Assembly (NCBI RefSeq): GCF_964204645.1 | Contig: NC_134032.1 | Span: 10,714,275-10,778,274, forward strand | DNA length: 64,000 bases | Direction: 5' to 3' | Origin: Tubulanus polymorphus | Lineage: Eukaryota; Animalia; Nemertea | Shown: piece by piece, positions 62,581 to 64,000 of the stretch | How positions within the stretch are numbered: position 1 is the stretch's first letter | How the letters are laid out: each line of letters opens with the position of its first letter | The notes under the pieces: model-generated | The model's database searches: none | What the model saw: the letters and a program-made list of their open reading frames with translations, nothing else | Told to the model about the DNA's origin: nothing | Position numbers and translations under genes: made by a program

Positions 62581-63407
62581 CTGGAATGACAAGGAAGAGA
62601 TAAATTTAGAAGAAAACAACAACGGCTTTTATTGTCTGCTCGCAATGGAAAGGGTTAACGATCAATAGACATTTTCAATATTCGAAAACTCTCAATACAT
62701 TTGCTTCATTCTTTTGTAATTCCAGGTGACCTTCTAGTGTTGCTAGGATTTAGAATAGGCTAAAACAATTTGACTACTGGAGGTAGTTGCCCAGTAGCAT
62801 CAGAGAAAACCCTCAATTCACTAATGTACCTAAATCCAACACTCTCAGATGAAAATGATACTAAGAAGGATGACTGTTCCGTATACACCATGCACCTGAA
62901 CCTGTGCTGTAAGTCTGGTGTTTTGTCGGTCAAGAGATATTTCGGACAAGATTTTGTGCTCTAAATTCTATCCACAGAAGTTCAAGAAGTTGAAAAGACA
63001 ACAAATGAAAACAGAACGACACAATTTAGGAAAAATGATATAAAAATTTTGATTATTATTATTGGGCGAATAGTTTTTACAAGTAAAATTATTTTTCGGA
63101 GAATGACACGATTTAAACTTTATCGATATAGAATTTTCATCATTATTAGTCTCAAAGTTTTACAAATACAACAGCTTAATTTGGATGACCAGGGACTGCC
63201 CAGATATCTTTGAATTGATTAAAATGCGAAAATAAGATAATAATAGTTTACACGGTTCCAGGTTAAATGGACCAAATATTTCATCCGAATTAAGTAAAAA
63301 TCCGGATTAAAAAATTTGAATCAAGCAAGTTCAACAACTGTACAACTGTCATTCTTCGGTGGATATTCATTTCGTTTTCGATTACGGAGTCTTTTTCGAT
63401 CGTTCGT

Positions 63408-63880
63408 TCAATTTTGAAAGTTGTGCATTCCGACGAGCGGAGGAACGGCAGGCGGAGGATGCTTCGAATCGACGTGCGTTTTGAGGTTATCCGACCGCGA
63501 GAAACTACGCTCGCAAAACCGGCACTGATATCGCGTTTTGTCGAACATGTGAACGCCGGCGACGTGTCGATTCAGATTGAACAATTTACTGAACAATTTA
63601 TTACAAATCCGACAACGGAATCGCTTCAGGGCCGGCGGCGCTCCTCGACGACCGTCGCCGAACACCGGCGATCTGATGAACTCGACTTTATATAAAGATA
63701 AGTCCGACGACGTCGACGCAGCGGTCGGCGGATCGAGGCGACCGCGCTCGACGGGATTCTGTAACGCCTCGTACGGATCCGGCGCGCACCGATGACTCAT
63801 CGTCAAAGAATCTTCGTCCTTGTAATCCGTAGTTTCCAGATAAATGTCTGCGTTGTTGCCATGGTGATTGGCTCTCAGTC
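63408..63880 (-). CDS. Terminal exon encoding a second C2H2 zinc-finger pair (alternative last exon)
   Basis: Acceptor tttttcag| at 63880, phase 1, 473 nt open to stop: FRCRICNKLFSKLFNLNRHVAGVH-MFDKTRYQCRFCERSFSRSDNLKTHVDSKH. Confidence 0.87.
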
Positions 63881-64000
63881 CTGAAAAATGTCATATGGAA
63901 ACTACGGATTACTGAAATGCGTATGGCTGCGTGTATTCACTACGTGCATTAGGAAAAATAAAACATTACATGTGTATGAATATAGAAGATGGCTGTCTCT

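Noticed and set aside
61600-63000. Additional hidden cassettes between the zinc-finger and homeobox exons (61640-61860, 62770-62960)
   Set aside because: Candidate acceptors give only short frames interrupted by stops and no DNA-binding motif.

Overview
Eukaryotic (invertebrate animal, probably lophotrochozoan) genomic DNA: AT-rich, GT-AG introns, dense with MITE/SINE/LINE relics. Genes reconstructed by hand from splice sites and reading phase: an 831-aa uncharacterised multi-pass membrane protein (-), two intronless FMRFamide-receptor-like class A GPCRs (- and +), a 10-exon catalytically dead neuroligin-like cholinesterase-domain protein (-), a 13-exon armadillo-repeat protein that closely follows fungal Vac8 (-), a 2-exon IL-17-family cytokine (+) and a secreted single-VWA protein (-) with an orphan duplicate exon. 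The most interesting signal is at the right end (60.3-63.9 kb, - strand). Three stop-terminated cassettes all start at phase-1 splice acceptors and lack a convincing start of their own. They encode two different C2H2 zinc-finger pairs and a 61-aa homeodomain. This looks like a lola/broad/mod(mdg4)-style array of alternative last exons that swaps DNA-binding domains onto a shared N-terminus lying outside the window. Both zinc-finger acceptors are caught in near-perfect local inverted repeats (17/17 and 21/22 bp) that would mask the branch point or 3' splice site. All gene models are manual predictions without transcript data, and repeat boundaries are approximate.
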